Source: Eledone cirrhosa
Lineage: Eukaryota
Assembly (NCBI GenBank): GCA_964016885.1
Contig: OZ024741.1
Span: 255,564,001-255,628,000 of the forward strand
Reading direction: 5' to 3'
DNA: 64,000 nt
A model generated the notes under the pieces. The model saw only the letters and a list, made by a program, of their open reading frames with translations. It ran no database searches and was not told the DNA's origin. This document shows positions 12,207 to 25,085 of the stretch, one piece after another; the first letter of the stretch is position 1; each line of letters opens with the position of its first letter. The position numbers were made by a program, and so were the translations under genes.

Positions 12207-14045
12207 GTTTCGCTTTACGAGTGTTTCGACTTACGAGTGTTTCGACATACGAGTGTTTCGGCTTACGAGTGTTTTGATTTACGAGTGTTTTGACTTACGG
12301 GTGCTTCGACTTACGCGTGTTTCGACTTACGAGTGTTTCGACTTACGAGTGTTTCGACTTACGAGTGTTTCGGCTTACGAGTGTTTTGACTTACGAATGT
12401 TTTGACTTACGATTGTTTCTGCTTACGAGTGTTTCGACTTACGAGTGTTCTGACTACGAGTGTTCTGACTTACGGGTGTTCTGACTTACGAGTGTTCCGA
12501 CTTACGAGTGTTTCGGCTTATGAGTGTTTCGACTTACGAGTGCTTCGACTTACGAGTGTTTCGGCTTACGGGTGTTTCGACTTACGAATGTTTTTGCTTA
12601 CGAGTGTTTCGGCTTACGAGTGTTTCGGCTTATGAGTGTTTCGACTTACGAGTGTTTTGACTTACGGGTGTTTTGACATACGAGTGTTTCGATACGATTG
12701 TTCTGACTTACGAGTGTTTCCGCTTACGAGTGTTTCGGCTTACGAGTGTTTCGACTTACTAATGTTTTTACTTACGAGTGTTTCGGTGTACGAGTGTTTC
12801 GACTTAAGGATGTTTCGACTTACGAGTGTTTCGACTTACGAGTGTTTCGACTTACGAGTGTTTCGACTTACGAGTGTTTTGGCTTACGAATGTTTTGACT
12901 TACGGGTGTTTCGACTTACGAGTGTTTCGGCTTATGAGTGTTTCGACTTACGGGCGTTTCGACTTACGGGTGTTTCGACTTACGAGTGTTTTGGCTTACG
13001 AATGTTTTGACTTACGGGTGTTTCGACGTACGAGTGTTTCGACTTATGAGTGTTTGGACTTACGAGTGTTTCGGCTTATGAGTGTTTCGACTTACGAGTG
13101 CTTCGGCTTACGAGTGTTTCGACTGACGAGTATTTCGGCTTACGAGTGTTTCGACGTACGAATGTTTTGGCTTACGAGTGTTTCGGCTTATGAGTGTTTC
13201 GGCTTACGAGTGTTTCGACTTACGAGGGTTTCGGCTTACGAGTGTTTCAGTGTTTCGGCTTACGTGTGTTTCGACTTACGAGTGTTTCGACTTACGACTG
13301 TTTCGGCTTACGAGTGTTTCGGCTTACGAGTGTTTCGGCTTACGAGTGTTTTGAATTACGATTGTTTGGCTTACGAGTGTTCTGACTTACGGGTGTTCTG
13401 ACTTACGAGGGTTCCGACTTACGAGTGTTTCGGCTTATGAGGGTTTCGACTTACGAGTGCTTCGGCTTACGAGTGTTTCGACTTACGAGTATTTCGGCTT
13501 ACGAGTGTTTCGACTTACGAGTGTTTTGACTTACGGTGTTTCGGCTTACGAGTGTTTCGACATACGAGTGTTTTGACGTACGGGTGTTTCGACTTACGGG
13601 TCTTTCGACTTAAGAGTGTTTCGACTTACGAGCGCTTCGACTTACGAGTGTTTCGACTTACGAGTGTTTCGGCGTATGAGTGTTTTGACTTACGAGTGTT
13701 TCGACTTACGAGTGTTTCGACTTACGAGTGTTTCGAATTACGAGTGTTTCGACTTACGAGTGTTTTGACTTACGAGTGTTTTGACTTACGGTGTTTCTGC
13801 TTACGAGTGTTTCGACTTACGAGTGTTATGACTTACGGGTGTTTTGACATACGAGTGTTTCGACTTACGAGTGTTTTGACTTACGGGTGTTTTGACATAC
13901 GAGTGTTTCGATAGGAGTGTTCTGACTTACGAGTGTTCTGACTTACGAGTGTTCTGACTTACGAGTGTTCTGACTTACGAGTGTTCCGACTTTACGAGTG
14001 TTTCGGCTCACGAGTGTTTCGGCTTACGAGTGTTTCGACTTACGA

Positions 14046-14114
14046 AAATAACAAATAGACGCGGTTTCAAATCTCTATGCTTTTCAAATTCATTACATTA
14101 ATCTTTATTTATAC
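14046..14114. repeat. 69-bp AT-rich element, copy 6
   Basis: Matches copy 1. Confidence 0.97.
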
Positions 14115-15809
14115 GTTTCGCTTTACGAGTGTTTCGACTTACGAGTGTTTCGACATACGAGTGTTTCGGCTTACGAGTGTTTTGATTTACGAGTGTTTTG
14201 ACTTACGGGTGCTTCGACTTACGCGTGTTTCGACTTACGAGTGTTTCGACTTACGAGTGTTTCGGCTTATGAGTGTTTTGACTTACGAATGTTTTGACTT
14301 ACGATTGTTTCGGCTTACGAGTGTTTCGACTTACGAGTGTTCTGACTACGAGTGTTCTGACTTACGGGTGTTCTGACTTACGAGTGTTCTGACTTACGAG
14401 TGTTTCGGCTTATGAGTGTTTCGACTTACGAGTGCTTCGACTTACGAGTGTTTCGGCTTACGGGTGTTTCGACTTACGAATGTTTTTGCTTACGAGTGTT
14501 TCGGCTTACGAGTGTTTCGGCTTATGAGTGTTTCGACTTACGAGTGTTTTGACTTACGGGTGTTTTGACATACGAGTGTTTCGATACGATTGTTCTGACT
14601 TACGAGTGTTTCCGCTTACGAGTGTTTCGGCTTACGAGTGTTTCGACTTACTAATGTTTTTACTTACGAGTGTTTCGGTGTACGAGTGTTTCGACTTACG
14701 AGTGTTTCGACTTACGAGTGTTTCGACTTACGAGTGTTTCGACTTACGAGTGTTTTGGCTTACGAATGTTTTGACTTACGGGTGTTTCGACTTACGAGTG
14801 TTTCGACTTATGAGTGTTTGGACTTACGAGTGTTTCGGCTTATGAGTGTTTCGACTTACGAGTGCTTCGGCTTACGAGTGTTTCGACTGACGAGTATTTC
14901 GGCTTACGAGTGTTTCGACGTACGAATGTTTTGGCTTACGAGTGTTTCGGCTTATGAGTGTTTCGGCTTACGAGTGTTTCGACTTACGAGGGTTTCGGCT
15001 TACGAGTGTTTCAGTGTTTCGGCTTACGTGTGTTTCGACTTACGAGTGTTTCGACTTACGACTGTTTCGGCTTACGAGTGTTTCGGCTTACGAGTGTTTC
15101 GGCTTACGAGTGTTTTGAATTACGATTGTTTGGCTTACGAGTGTTCTGACTTACGGGTGTTCTGACTTACGAGGGTTCCGACTTACGAGTGTTTCGGCTT
15201 ATGAGGGTTTCGACTTACGAGTGCTTCGGCTTACGAGTGTTTCGACTTACGAGTATTTCGGCTTACGAGTGTTTCGACTTACGAGTGTTTTGACTTACGG
15301 TGTTTCGGCTTACGAGTGTTTCGACATACGAGTGTTTTGACGTACGGGTGTTTCGACTTACGGGTCTTTCGACTTAAGAGTGTTTCGACTTACGAGCGCT
15401 TCGACTTACGAGTGTTTCGACTTACGAGTGTTTCGGCGTATGAGTGTTTTGACTTACGAGTGTTTCGACTTACGAGTGTTTCGACTTACGAGTGTTTCGA
15501 ATTACGAGTGTTTCGACTTACGAGTGTTTTGACTTACGAGTGTTTTGACTTACGGTGTTTCTGCTTACGAGTGTTTCGACTTACGAGTGTTATGACTTAC
15601 GGGTGTTTTGACATACGAGTGTTTCGACTTACGAGTGTTTTGACTTACGGGTGTTTTGACATACGAGTGTTTCGATAGGAGTGTTCTGACTTACGAGTGT
15701 TCTGACTTACGAGTGTTCTGACTTACGAGTGTTCTGACTTACGAGTGTTCCGACTTTACGAGTGTTTCGGCTCACGAGTGTTTCGGCTTACGAGTGTTTC
15801 GACTTACGA

Positions 15810-15878
15810 AAATAACAAATAGACGCGGTTTCAAATCTCTATGCTTTTCAAATTCATTACATTAATCTTTATTTATAC
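15810..15878. repeat. 69-bp AT-rich element, copy 7
   Basis: Matches copy 1. Confidence 0.97.
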
Positions 15879-17605
15879 GTTTCGCTTTACGAGTGTTTCG
15901 ACTTACGAGTGTTTCGACATACGAGTGTTTCGGCTTACGAGTGTTTTGATTTACGAGTGTTTTGACTTACGGGTGCTTCGACTTACGCGTGTTTCGACTT
16001 ACGAGTGTTTCGACTTACGAGTGTTTCGGCTTATGAGTGTTTTGACTTACGAATGTTTTGACTTACGATTGTTTCGGCTTACGAGTGTTTCGACTTACGA
16101 GTGTTCTGACTACGAGTGTTCTGACTTACGGGTGTTCTGACTTACGAGTGTTCTGACTTACGAGTGTTTCGGCTTATGAGTGTTTCGACTTACGAGTGCT
16201 TCGACTTACGAGTGTTTCGGCTTACGGGTGTTTCGACTTACGAATGTTTTTGCTTACGAGTGTTTCGGCTTACGAGTGTTTCGGCTTATGAGTGTTTCGA
16301 CTTACGAGTGTTTTGACTTACGGGTGTTTTGACATACGAGTGTTTCGATACGATTGTTCTGACTTACGAGTGTTTCCGCTTACGAGTGTTTCGGCTTACG
16401 AGTGTTTCGACTTACTAATGTTTTTACTTACGAGTGTTTCGGTGTACGAGTGTTTCGACTTACGAGTGTTTCGACTTACGAGTGTTTCGACTTACGAGTG
16501 TTTCGACTTACGAGTGTTTTGGCTTACGAATGTTTTGACTTACGGGTGTTTCGACTTACGAGTGTTTCGACTTATGAGTGTTTGGACTTACGAGTGTTTC
16601 GGCTTATGAGTGTTTCGACTTACGAGTGCTTCGGCTTACGAGTGTTTCGACTGACGAGTATTTCGGCTTACGAGTGTTTCGACGTACGAATGTTTTGGCT
16701 TACGAGTGTTTCGGCTTATGAGTGTTTCGGCTTACGAGTGTTTCGACTTACGAGGGTTTCGGCTTACGAGTGTTTCAGTGTTTCGGCTTACGTGTGTTTC
16801 GACTTACGAGTGTTTCGACTTACGACTGTTTCGGCTTACGAGTGTTTCGGCTTAAGAGTGTTTCGGCTTACGAGTGTTTTGAATTACGATTGTTTGGCTT
16901 ACGAGTGTTCTGACTTACGGGTGTTCTGACTTACGAGGGTTCCGACTTACGAGTGTTTCGGCTTATGAGGGTTTCGACTTACGAGTGCTTCGGCTTACGA
17001 GTGTTTCGACTTACGAGTATTTCGGCTTACGAGTGTTTCGACTTACGAGTGTTTTGACTTACGGTGTTTCGGCTTACGAGTGTTTCGACATACGAGTGTT
17101 TTGACGTACGGGTGTTTCGACTTACGGGTCTTTCGACTTAAGAGTGTTTCGACTTACGAGCGCTTCGACTTACGAGTGTTTCGACTTACGAGTGTTTCGG
17201 CGTATGAGTGTTTTGACTTACGAGTGTTTCGACTTACGAGTGTTTCGACTTACGAGTGTTTCGAATTACGAGTGTTTCGACTTACGAGTGTTTTGACTTA
17301 CGAGTGTTTTGACTTACGGTGTTTCTGCTTACGAGTGTTTCGACTTACGAGTGTTATGACTTACGGGTGTTTTGACATACGAGTGTTTCGACTTACGAGT
17401 GTTTTGACTTACGGGTGTTTTGACATACGAGTGTTTCGATAGGAGTGTTCTGACTTACGAGTGTTCTGACTTACGAGTGTTCTGACTTACGAGTGTTCTG
17501 ACTTACGAGTGTTCTGACTTACGAGTGTTCTGACTTACGAGTGTTCCGACTTTACGATTGTTTCGGCTCACGAGTGTTTCGGCTTACGAGTGTTTCGACT
17601 TACGA

Positions 17606-17674
17606 AAATAACAAATAGACGCGGTTTCAAATCTCTATGCTTTTCAAATTCATTACATTAATCTTTATTTATAC
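17606..17674. repeat. 69-bp AT-rich element, copy 8
   Basis: Matches copy 1. Confidence 0.97.
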
Positions 17675-20600
17675 GTTTCGCTTTACGAGTGTTTCGACTT
17701 ACGAGTGTTTCGACATACGAGTGTTTCGGCTTACGAGTGTTTTGATTTACGAGTGTTTTGACTTACGGGTGCTTCGACTTACGCGTGTTTCGACTTACGA
17801 GTGTTTCGACTTACGAGTGTTTCGGCTTATGAGTGTTTTGACTTACGAATGTTTTGACTTACGATTGTTTCGGCTTACGAGTGTTTCGACTTACGAGTGT
17901 TCTGACTACGAGTGTTCTGACTTACGGGTGTTCTGACTTACGAGTGTTTTGACTTAAGGGTGTTTCGACTTACGAGTATTTTTGGCTTACGAGTGTTTCG
18001 ACTTACGAGTGTTTTGACTTACGAGTGTTCTGATTTACGGATGTTTCGACATACGAGTGTTTCGACTTACGAGTGTTTCGACTTATGACTGTTTCGACTT
18101 ACGAGTGTTTCGGCTTATGAGTGTTTCGACTTACGAGTGCTTCGGCTTACGAGTGTTTCGACTTACGAGTATTTCGGCTTTCGAGTGTTTCGACGTAAGA
18201 ATGTTTTGGCTTACGAGTGTTTCGGCTTATGAGTGTTTCGGCTTACGAGTGTTTCGACTTACGAGTGTTTCGGCTTACGAGTGTTTCAGTGTTTCGGCTT
18301 ACGTGTGTTTCGACTTACGAGTGTTTCGACTTACGACTGTTTCGGCTTACGAGTGTTTCGGCTTACGAGTGTTTCGACTTACGAGTGTTTTGACTTACGA
18401 ATGTTTTGACTTACGGGTGTTTCGGCTTACGAGTGTTTCGACTTACGAGTCTTTCGGCTTACGAGTGTTTCGACTTACTAATGTTTTTACTTACGAGTGT
18501 TTCGGCGTACGAGTGTTTCGACTTACGAGTGTTTCGACTTACGGGTGTTTTGACTTACGGGTGTTTCGGCTTACGAGTGTTTTGACTTACGAGTGTTTTG
18601 ACTTACGAGTGTTCTGATTTACGGATGTTTCGACATACGAGTGTTTCGACTTACGAGTGTTTCGACTTACTAATGTTCTTACTTACGAGTGTTTCGGCGT
18701 ACGAGAGTTTTGACTTACGAGTGTTTCGACTTACGAGTGTTTCGACTTACGAGTGTTTTGACTTACGAATGTTTTGACTTACGGGTGTTTCGGCTAACGA
18801 GTGTTTCGACTTACGAGTCTTTCGGCTTACGAGTGTTTCGACTTACTAATGTTTTTACTTACGAGTGTTTCGGCGTACGAGTGTTTCGACTTACGAGTGT
18901 TTCGACTTACGGGTGTTTTGACTTACGGGTGTTTCGGCTTACGAGTGTTTTGACTTACGAGTGTTTTGACTTAAGGTTGTTTCGACTGACGAGTATTTTT
19001 GGCTTACGAGTGTTTCGACTTACGAGTTTTTGACTTACGAGTGTTCTGATTCACGGATGTTTCGACATACGAGTGTTTCGACTTACGAGTGTTTCGACTT
19101 ATGAGTGTTTCGACTTACGAGTGTTTCGGCTTATGAGTGTTTCGACTTACGAGTGCTTCGGCTTACGAGTGTTTCGACTTACGAGTATTTCGGCTTACGA
19201 GTGTTTCGACGTACGAATGTTTTGGCTTACGAGTGTTTCGGCTTATGAGTGTTTCGGCTTACGAGTGTTTCGACTTACGAGTGTTTCGGCTTACGAGTGT
19301 TTCAGTGTTTCGGCTTACGTGTGTTTCGACTTACGATTGTTTCGACTTACGACTGTTTCGGCTTACGAGTGTTTCGGCTTGCGAGTGTTTTAGGCTTACG
19401 AGTGTTTTGACTTACGAGTGTTTTGACTTACGATTGTTTGGCTTACGAGTGTTCTGACTTACGGGTGTTCTGACTTTCGAATGTTCCGACTTACGAGTGT
19501 TTCGGCTTATGAGGGTTTCGACTTACGAGTGCTTCGGCTTACGAGTGTTTCGACTTACGAGTGTTTCGGCTTACGAGTGTTTCGACTTACGAGTGTTTCG
19601 ACTTACGAGTGTTTTGACTTACGGTGTTTCGGCTTACGAGTGTTTCGACATACGAGTGTTTTGACGTACGGGTGTTTCGACTTACGGGTCTTTCGACTTA
19701 AGAGTGTTTCGACTTACGAGCGCTTCGACTTACGAGTGTTTCGACTTACGAGTGTTTCGGCGTATGAGTGTTTTGACTTACGAGTGTTTCGACTTACGAG
19801 TGTTTCGAATTACGAGTGTTTCGACTTACGAGTGTTTTGACTTACGAGTGTTTTGACTTCGGTGTTTCTGCTTACGAGTGTTTCGACTTACGAGTGATAT
19901 GACTTACGGGTGTTTTCACATACGAGTGTTTCGACTTACGAGTGTTTTGACTTACGGGTGTTTTGACATACGAGTGTTTCGATACGAGTGTTCTGACTTA
20001 CGAGTGTTCTGACTTACGAGTGTTCTGACTTACGAGTGTTTCGACATACGAGTGTTTTGACTTACGGGTGTTTCGACTTACGAGTGTTTTCACTTACGAA
20101 TGTTTTGACTTACGGGTGTTTCGGCTTACGAGTGTTTCGACTTACGAGTCTTTCGGCTTACGAGTGTTTCGACTTACTAATGTTTTTACTTACGAGTGTT
20201 TCGGCGTACGAGTGTTTCGACTTCCGAGTGTTTCGACTTACGGGTGTTTTGACTGACGGGTGTATCGGCTTACGAGTGTTTTGACTTACGAGTGTTTTGA
20301 CTTAAGGGTGTTTCGACTTACGAGTATTTTTGGCTTACGAGTGTTTCGACTTACGAGTGTTTTGACTTACGAGTGTTCTGATTTACGGATGTTTCGACAT
20401 ACGAGTGTTTCGACTTACGAGTGTTTCGACTTATGAGTGTTTCGACTTACGAGTGTTTCGACTTACGAGTGTTTCGGCTTGTGATTGTTTCGACTTACGA
20501 GTGTTTTGACTTACGGTGTTTCAGCTTACGAGTGTTTCGACTTACGAGTGTTTTGACTTACGGGTGTTTTGACATACGAGTGTTTCGATACGAGTGTTCT

Positions 20601-21055
20601 GACTTACGAGTGTTCTGACTTACGAGTGTTTTGACTTACGAGTGTTCTGACTTACGAGTGTTCCGACTTACGAGTGTTCCGACTTACGAGTGTTTCGGCT
20701 TACGAGTGTTTTGACTTAAGGGTGTTTCGACTTACGAGTGTTTCGATACGAGTGTTTCGACTTACGAGTGTTTCGGCTTACGAGTGTTTCGACTTGCGAG
20801 TGTTTCGACTTACGAGTGTTCCGACTTACGGGTGTTTCGACTTACGAGTGTTTTGGCTTACGGTGTTTCGACTTACGAGTGTTTCGAGTTAAGAGTGTTT
20901 TGACTTACGAGTGTTCTGATTTACGAGTGTTCTGACTTACGAGTGTTCTGACTTACGAGTGTTCTGACTTACGAGTGTTCTGACTTACGAGTGTTCCGAC
21001 TTTACGAGTGTTTCGGCTCACGAATGTTTCGGCTTACGAGTGTTTCGACTTACGA

Positions 21056-21124
21056 AAATAACAAATAGACGCGGTTTCAAATCTCTATGCTTTTCAAATT
21101 CATTACATTAATCTTTATTTATAC
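21056..21124. repeat. 69-bp AT-rich element, copy 9
   Basis: Copy 1 position + 15,619. Confidence 0.97.
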
Positions 21125-24100
21125 GTTTCGCTTTACGAGTGTTTCGACTTACGAGTGTTTCGACATACGAGTGTTTCGACTTACGAATGTTTTTGCTTAC
21201 GGGTGTTTCGACTTACGAATGTTTTTGCTTACGAGTGTTTCGGTTTACGAGTGTTCCGACTTACGAGTGTTCCGACTTACGAGTGTTTCGGCTTACGAGT
21301 GTTTCCGGCTTACGAGTGTTTCAACTTACGAGTGTTCTGACTTACGAGTGTTCTGACTTACGGATGTTTCGACACACGAGTGTTTCGAATTACGAGTGTT
21401 TTGACTTACGAGTGTTTTGACTTACGGGTGTTTTGACATACGAGTGTTTCGATACGAGTGTTTCGACTTACGAGTGTTCTGACTTACGAGTGTTCTGATT
21501 TACGGATGTTTCGACATACGAGTGTTTCGACTTACGAGTGTTTCGACTTATGAGTGTTTCGACTTACGAGTGTTTCGGCTTACGAGTGTTTCGACTTACG
21601 AGTGTTTTGACTTACGGTGTTTCGGCTTACGAGTGTTTCGACTTACGAGTGTTTTGACTTACGGGTGTTTTGACATACGAGTGTTTCGATACGAGTGTTC
21701 TGACTTACGAGTGTTCTGACTTACGAGTGTTCTGACTTACGAGTGTTCTGACTTACGAGTGTTCTGATTTACGGATGTTTCGACATACGAGTGTTTCGAC
21801 TTACGAGTGTTTCGACGTATGAGTGTTTCGACTTACGAGTGTTTCGGCTTACGAGTGTTTCGACTTACGAGTGTTTTGACTTACGGTGTTTCGGCTTACG
21901 AGTGTTTCGACTTACGAGTGTTTTGACTTACGGGTGTTTTGACATACGAGTGTTTCGATACGAGTGTTCTGACTTACGAGTGTTCTGACTTACGAGTGTT
22001 TTGACTTACGAGTGTTCTGACTTACGGGTGTTTCGACTTACGAGTATTTTTGGCTTACGAGTGTTTCGACTTACGAGTGTTTTGACTTACGAGTGTTCTG
22101 ATTTACGGATGTTTCGACATACGAGTGTTTCGACTTACGAATGTTTCGACTTATGAGTGTTTCGACTTACGGTGTTTCGGCTTACGAGTGTTTCGACTTA
22201 CGAGTGTTTTGACTTACGGGTGTTTTGACATACGAGTGTTTCGATACGAGTGTTCTGACTTACGAGTGTTCTGACTTACGAGTGTTTTGACTTACGAGTG
22301 TTCTGACTTACGAGTGTTCCGACTTACGAGTGTTCCGACTTACGAGTGTTTCGGCTTACGAGTGTTTCCGGCTTACGAGTGTTTCGACTTCCGAGTGTTT
22401 TGACTTACGGTGTTTCGGCTTACGAGTGATTCGACTTACGAGTGTTTTGACTTACGGGTGATTTGACTTACGGGTGTTGTGAATTTCGAGTGTTCCGATT
22501 TACGAGTGTTTTGACTTACGGTGTTTCGGCTTACGAGTGATTCGACTTACGAATGTTTTGACTTACGGGTGTTTCGGCTTGCGAGTGTTTCGACTTACGA
22601 GTGTTTCGGCTTATGGGTGTTTCGACTTACTAATGTTTTTACTTACGAGTGTTTCGGCGTACGAGTGTTTTGACTTACGAGTGTTTCGACTTACGAGTGT
22701 TTCGACTTACGAGTGTTTCGACTTACGAGTGTTTCGGCTTACGTGAGTTTCGACTTAAGAGTGTTCTGATTTACGAGTGTTCTGACTTGCGGGTGTTCTG
22801 ATTTACGAGTGTTCCGACTTACGAGTGTTTCGGCTTATTAGTGTTTCGACTTATGGGTGTTTCGACTTGCGAGTGTTTTTACTTACGGTGTTTCGGCTTA
22901 CGAGTGTTTCGACATACGAGTGTTTTGACTTACGGGTGTTTCGACTTACGAGTGTTTTGACTTACGAATGTTTTGACTTACGGGTGTTTCGGCTTACGAG
23001 TGTTTCGACTTACGAGTGTTTAGGCTTACGAGTGTTTCGACTTACTAATGTTCTTACGAGTGTTTCGGCGTACGAGAGTTTTGACTTACGAGTGTTTCGA
23101 CTGACGAGTGTTTCGACTTACGAGTGTTTTGACTTACGAATGTTTTGACTTACGGGTGTTTCGGCTGACGATTGTTTCGACTTACGAGTCTTTCGGCTTA
23201 CGAGTGTTTCGACTTACTAATGTTTTTACTTACGAGTGTTTCGGCGTACGAGTGTTTCGACTTACGAGTGTTTCGACTTACGGGTGTTTTGACTTACGGG
23301 TGTTTCGGCTTACGAGTGTTTTGACTTACGAGTGTTTTGACTTACGAGTGTTCTGATTTACGGATGTTTCGACATACGAGTGTTTCGACTTACGAGTGTT
23401 TCGACTTATGAGTGTTTCGACTTACGAGTGTTTCGGCTTATGAGTGTTTCGACTTACGATTGCTTCGGCTTACGAGTGTTTCGACTTACGAGTATTTCGG
23501 CTTACGAGTGTTTCGACGTACGAATGTTTTGGCTTACGAGTGTTTCGGCTTATGAGTGTTTCGGCTTACGAGTGTTTCGACTTACGAGTGTTTCGGCTTA
23601 CGAGTGTTTCAGTGTTTCGGCTTACGTGTGTTTCGACTTACGAGTGTTTCGACTTACGAGTGTTTTGACTTACGAGTGTTCTGATTTACGGATGTTTCGA
23701 CATACGAGTGTTTCGACTTACGAGTGTTTCGACTTATGAGTGTTTCGACTTACGAGTGTTTCGACTTACGAGTGTTTCGGCTTGTGATTGTTTCGACTTA
23801 CGAGTGTTTTGACTTACGGTGTTTCAGCTTACGAGTGTTTCGACTTACGAGTGTTTTGACTTACGGGTGTTTTGACATACGAGTGTTTCGATATGAGTGT
23901 TCTGACTTACGAGTGTTCTGAGTTACGAGTGTTTTGACTTACGAGTGTTCTGACTTACGAGTGTTCCGACTTACGAGTGTTCCGTCTTACGAGTGTTTCG
24001 GCTTACGAGTGTTTTGACTTAAGGGTGTTTCGACTTACGAGTGTTTCGATACGAGTGTTTCGACTTACGAGTGTTTTGGCTTACGGTGTTTCGACTTACG

Positions 24101-24278
24101 AGTGTTTCGATTTAAGAGTGTTTTGACTTACGAGTGTTCTGATTTACGAGTGTTCTGACTTACGAGTGTTCTGACTTACGAGTGTTCTGACTTACGAGTG
24201 TTCTGACTTACGAGTGTTCCGACTTTACGAGTGTTTCGGCTCACGAGTGTTTCGGCTTACGAGTGTTTCGACTTACGA

Positions 24279-24347
24279 AAATAACAAATAGACGCGGTTT
24301 CAAATCTCTATGCTTTTTAAATTCATTACATTAATCTTTATTTATAC
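24279..24347. repeat. 69-bp AT-rich element, copy 10 (C>T variant at 24318)
   Basis: Copy 2 position + 15,619; shares its SNP. Confidence 0.97.
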
Positions 24348-25016
24348 GTTTCGCTTTACGAGTGTTTCGACTTACGAGTGTTTCGACATACGAGTGTTTC
24401 GACTTACGAATGTTTTTGCTTACGGGTGTTTCGACTTACGAATGTTTTTGCTTACGAGTGTTTCGGTTTACGAGTGTTCCGACTTACGAGTGTTCCGACT
24501 TACGAGTGTTTCGGCTTACGAGTGTTTCCGGCTTACGAGTGTTTCAACTTACGAGTGTTCTGTCTTACGAGTGTTCTGATTTACGAATGTTTCGACACAC
24601 GAGTGTTTCGACTTACGAGTGTTTTGACTTACGAGTGTTCTGACTTACGAGTGTTCTTACTTACGAGTGTTCCGACTTACGAGTGTTCCGACTTACGAGT
24701 GTTTCGGCTTACGAGTGTTTCGGCTTACGAGTGTTTCGACTTACGAATGTTTCGACTTACGAGTGTTCCGACTTACGGGTGTTTCGACTTACGAGTGTTT
24801 TGGCTTACGGTGTTTCGGCTTACGAGTGTTTCGAGTTACGAGTGTTTTGACTTACACGTGTTTTGACATACGAGTGTTTCGATACGAGTGTTCTGACTTA
24901 CGAGTGTTCTGACTTACGAGTGTTCTGACTTACGAGTGTTCTGACTTACGAGTGTTCCGACTTTACGAGTGTTTCGGCTCACGAGTGTTTCGGCTTACGA
25001 GTGTTTCGACTTACGA

Positions 25017-25085
25017 AAATAACAAATAGACGCGGTTTCAAATCTCTATGCTTTTCAAATTCATTACATTAATCTTTATTTATAC
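25017..25085. repeat. 69-bp AT-rich element, copy 11
   Basis: Matches copy 1. Confidence 0.97.

Larger units (their letters stand above)
8660..14045 (+). repeat. ~2.7-kb higher-order unit, two copies (8660-11321, 11322-14045), each with two AT-rich elements
   Basis: Offsets are 2,662 (8743/11405), 2,740 (9429/12169, 9896/12636) and 2,756 (10796/13552). Shared rare variants include GACTTACACGTG, GGGCGTTTC and GATAGGAG. Confidence 0.85.
14046..17605 (+). repeat. Two ~1.76-kb higher-order units (1,764 and 1,796 bp), each starting with one AT-rich element; repeated at 29665-33224
   Basis: Offset 1,764 at 14077/15841, 14638/16402 and 15316/17080. The second unit has two extra TTCTGAC monomers (+32 bp). 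Confidence 0.9.
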
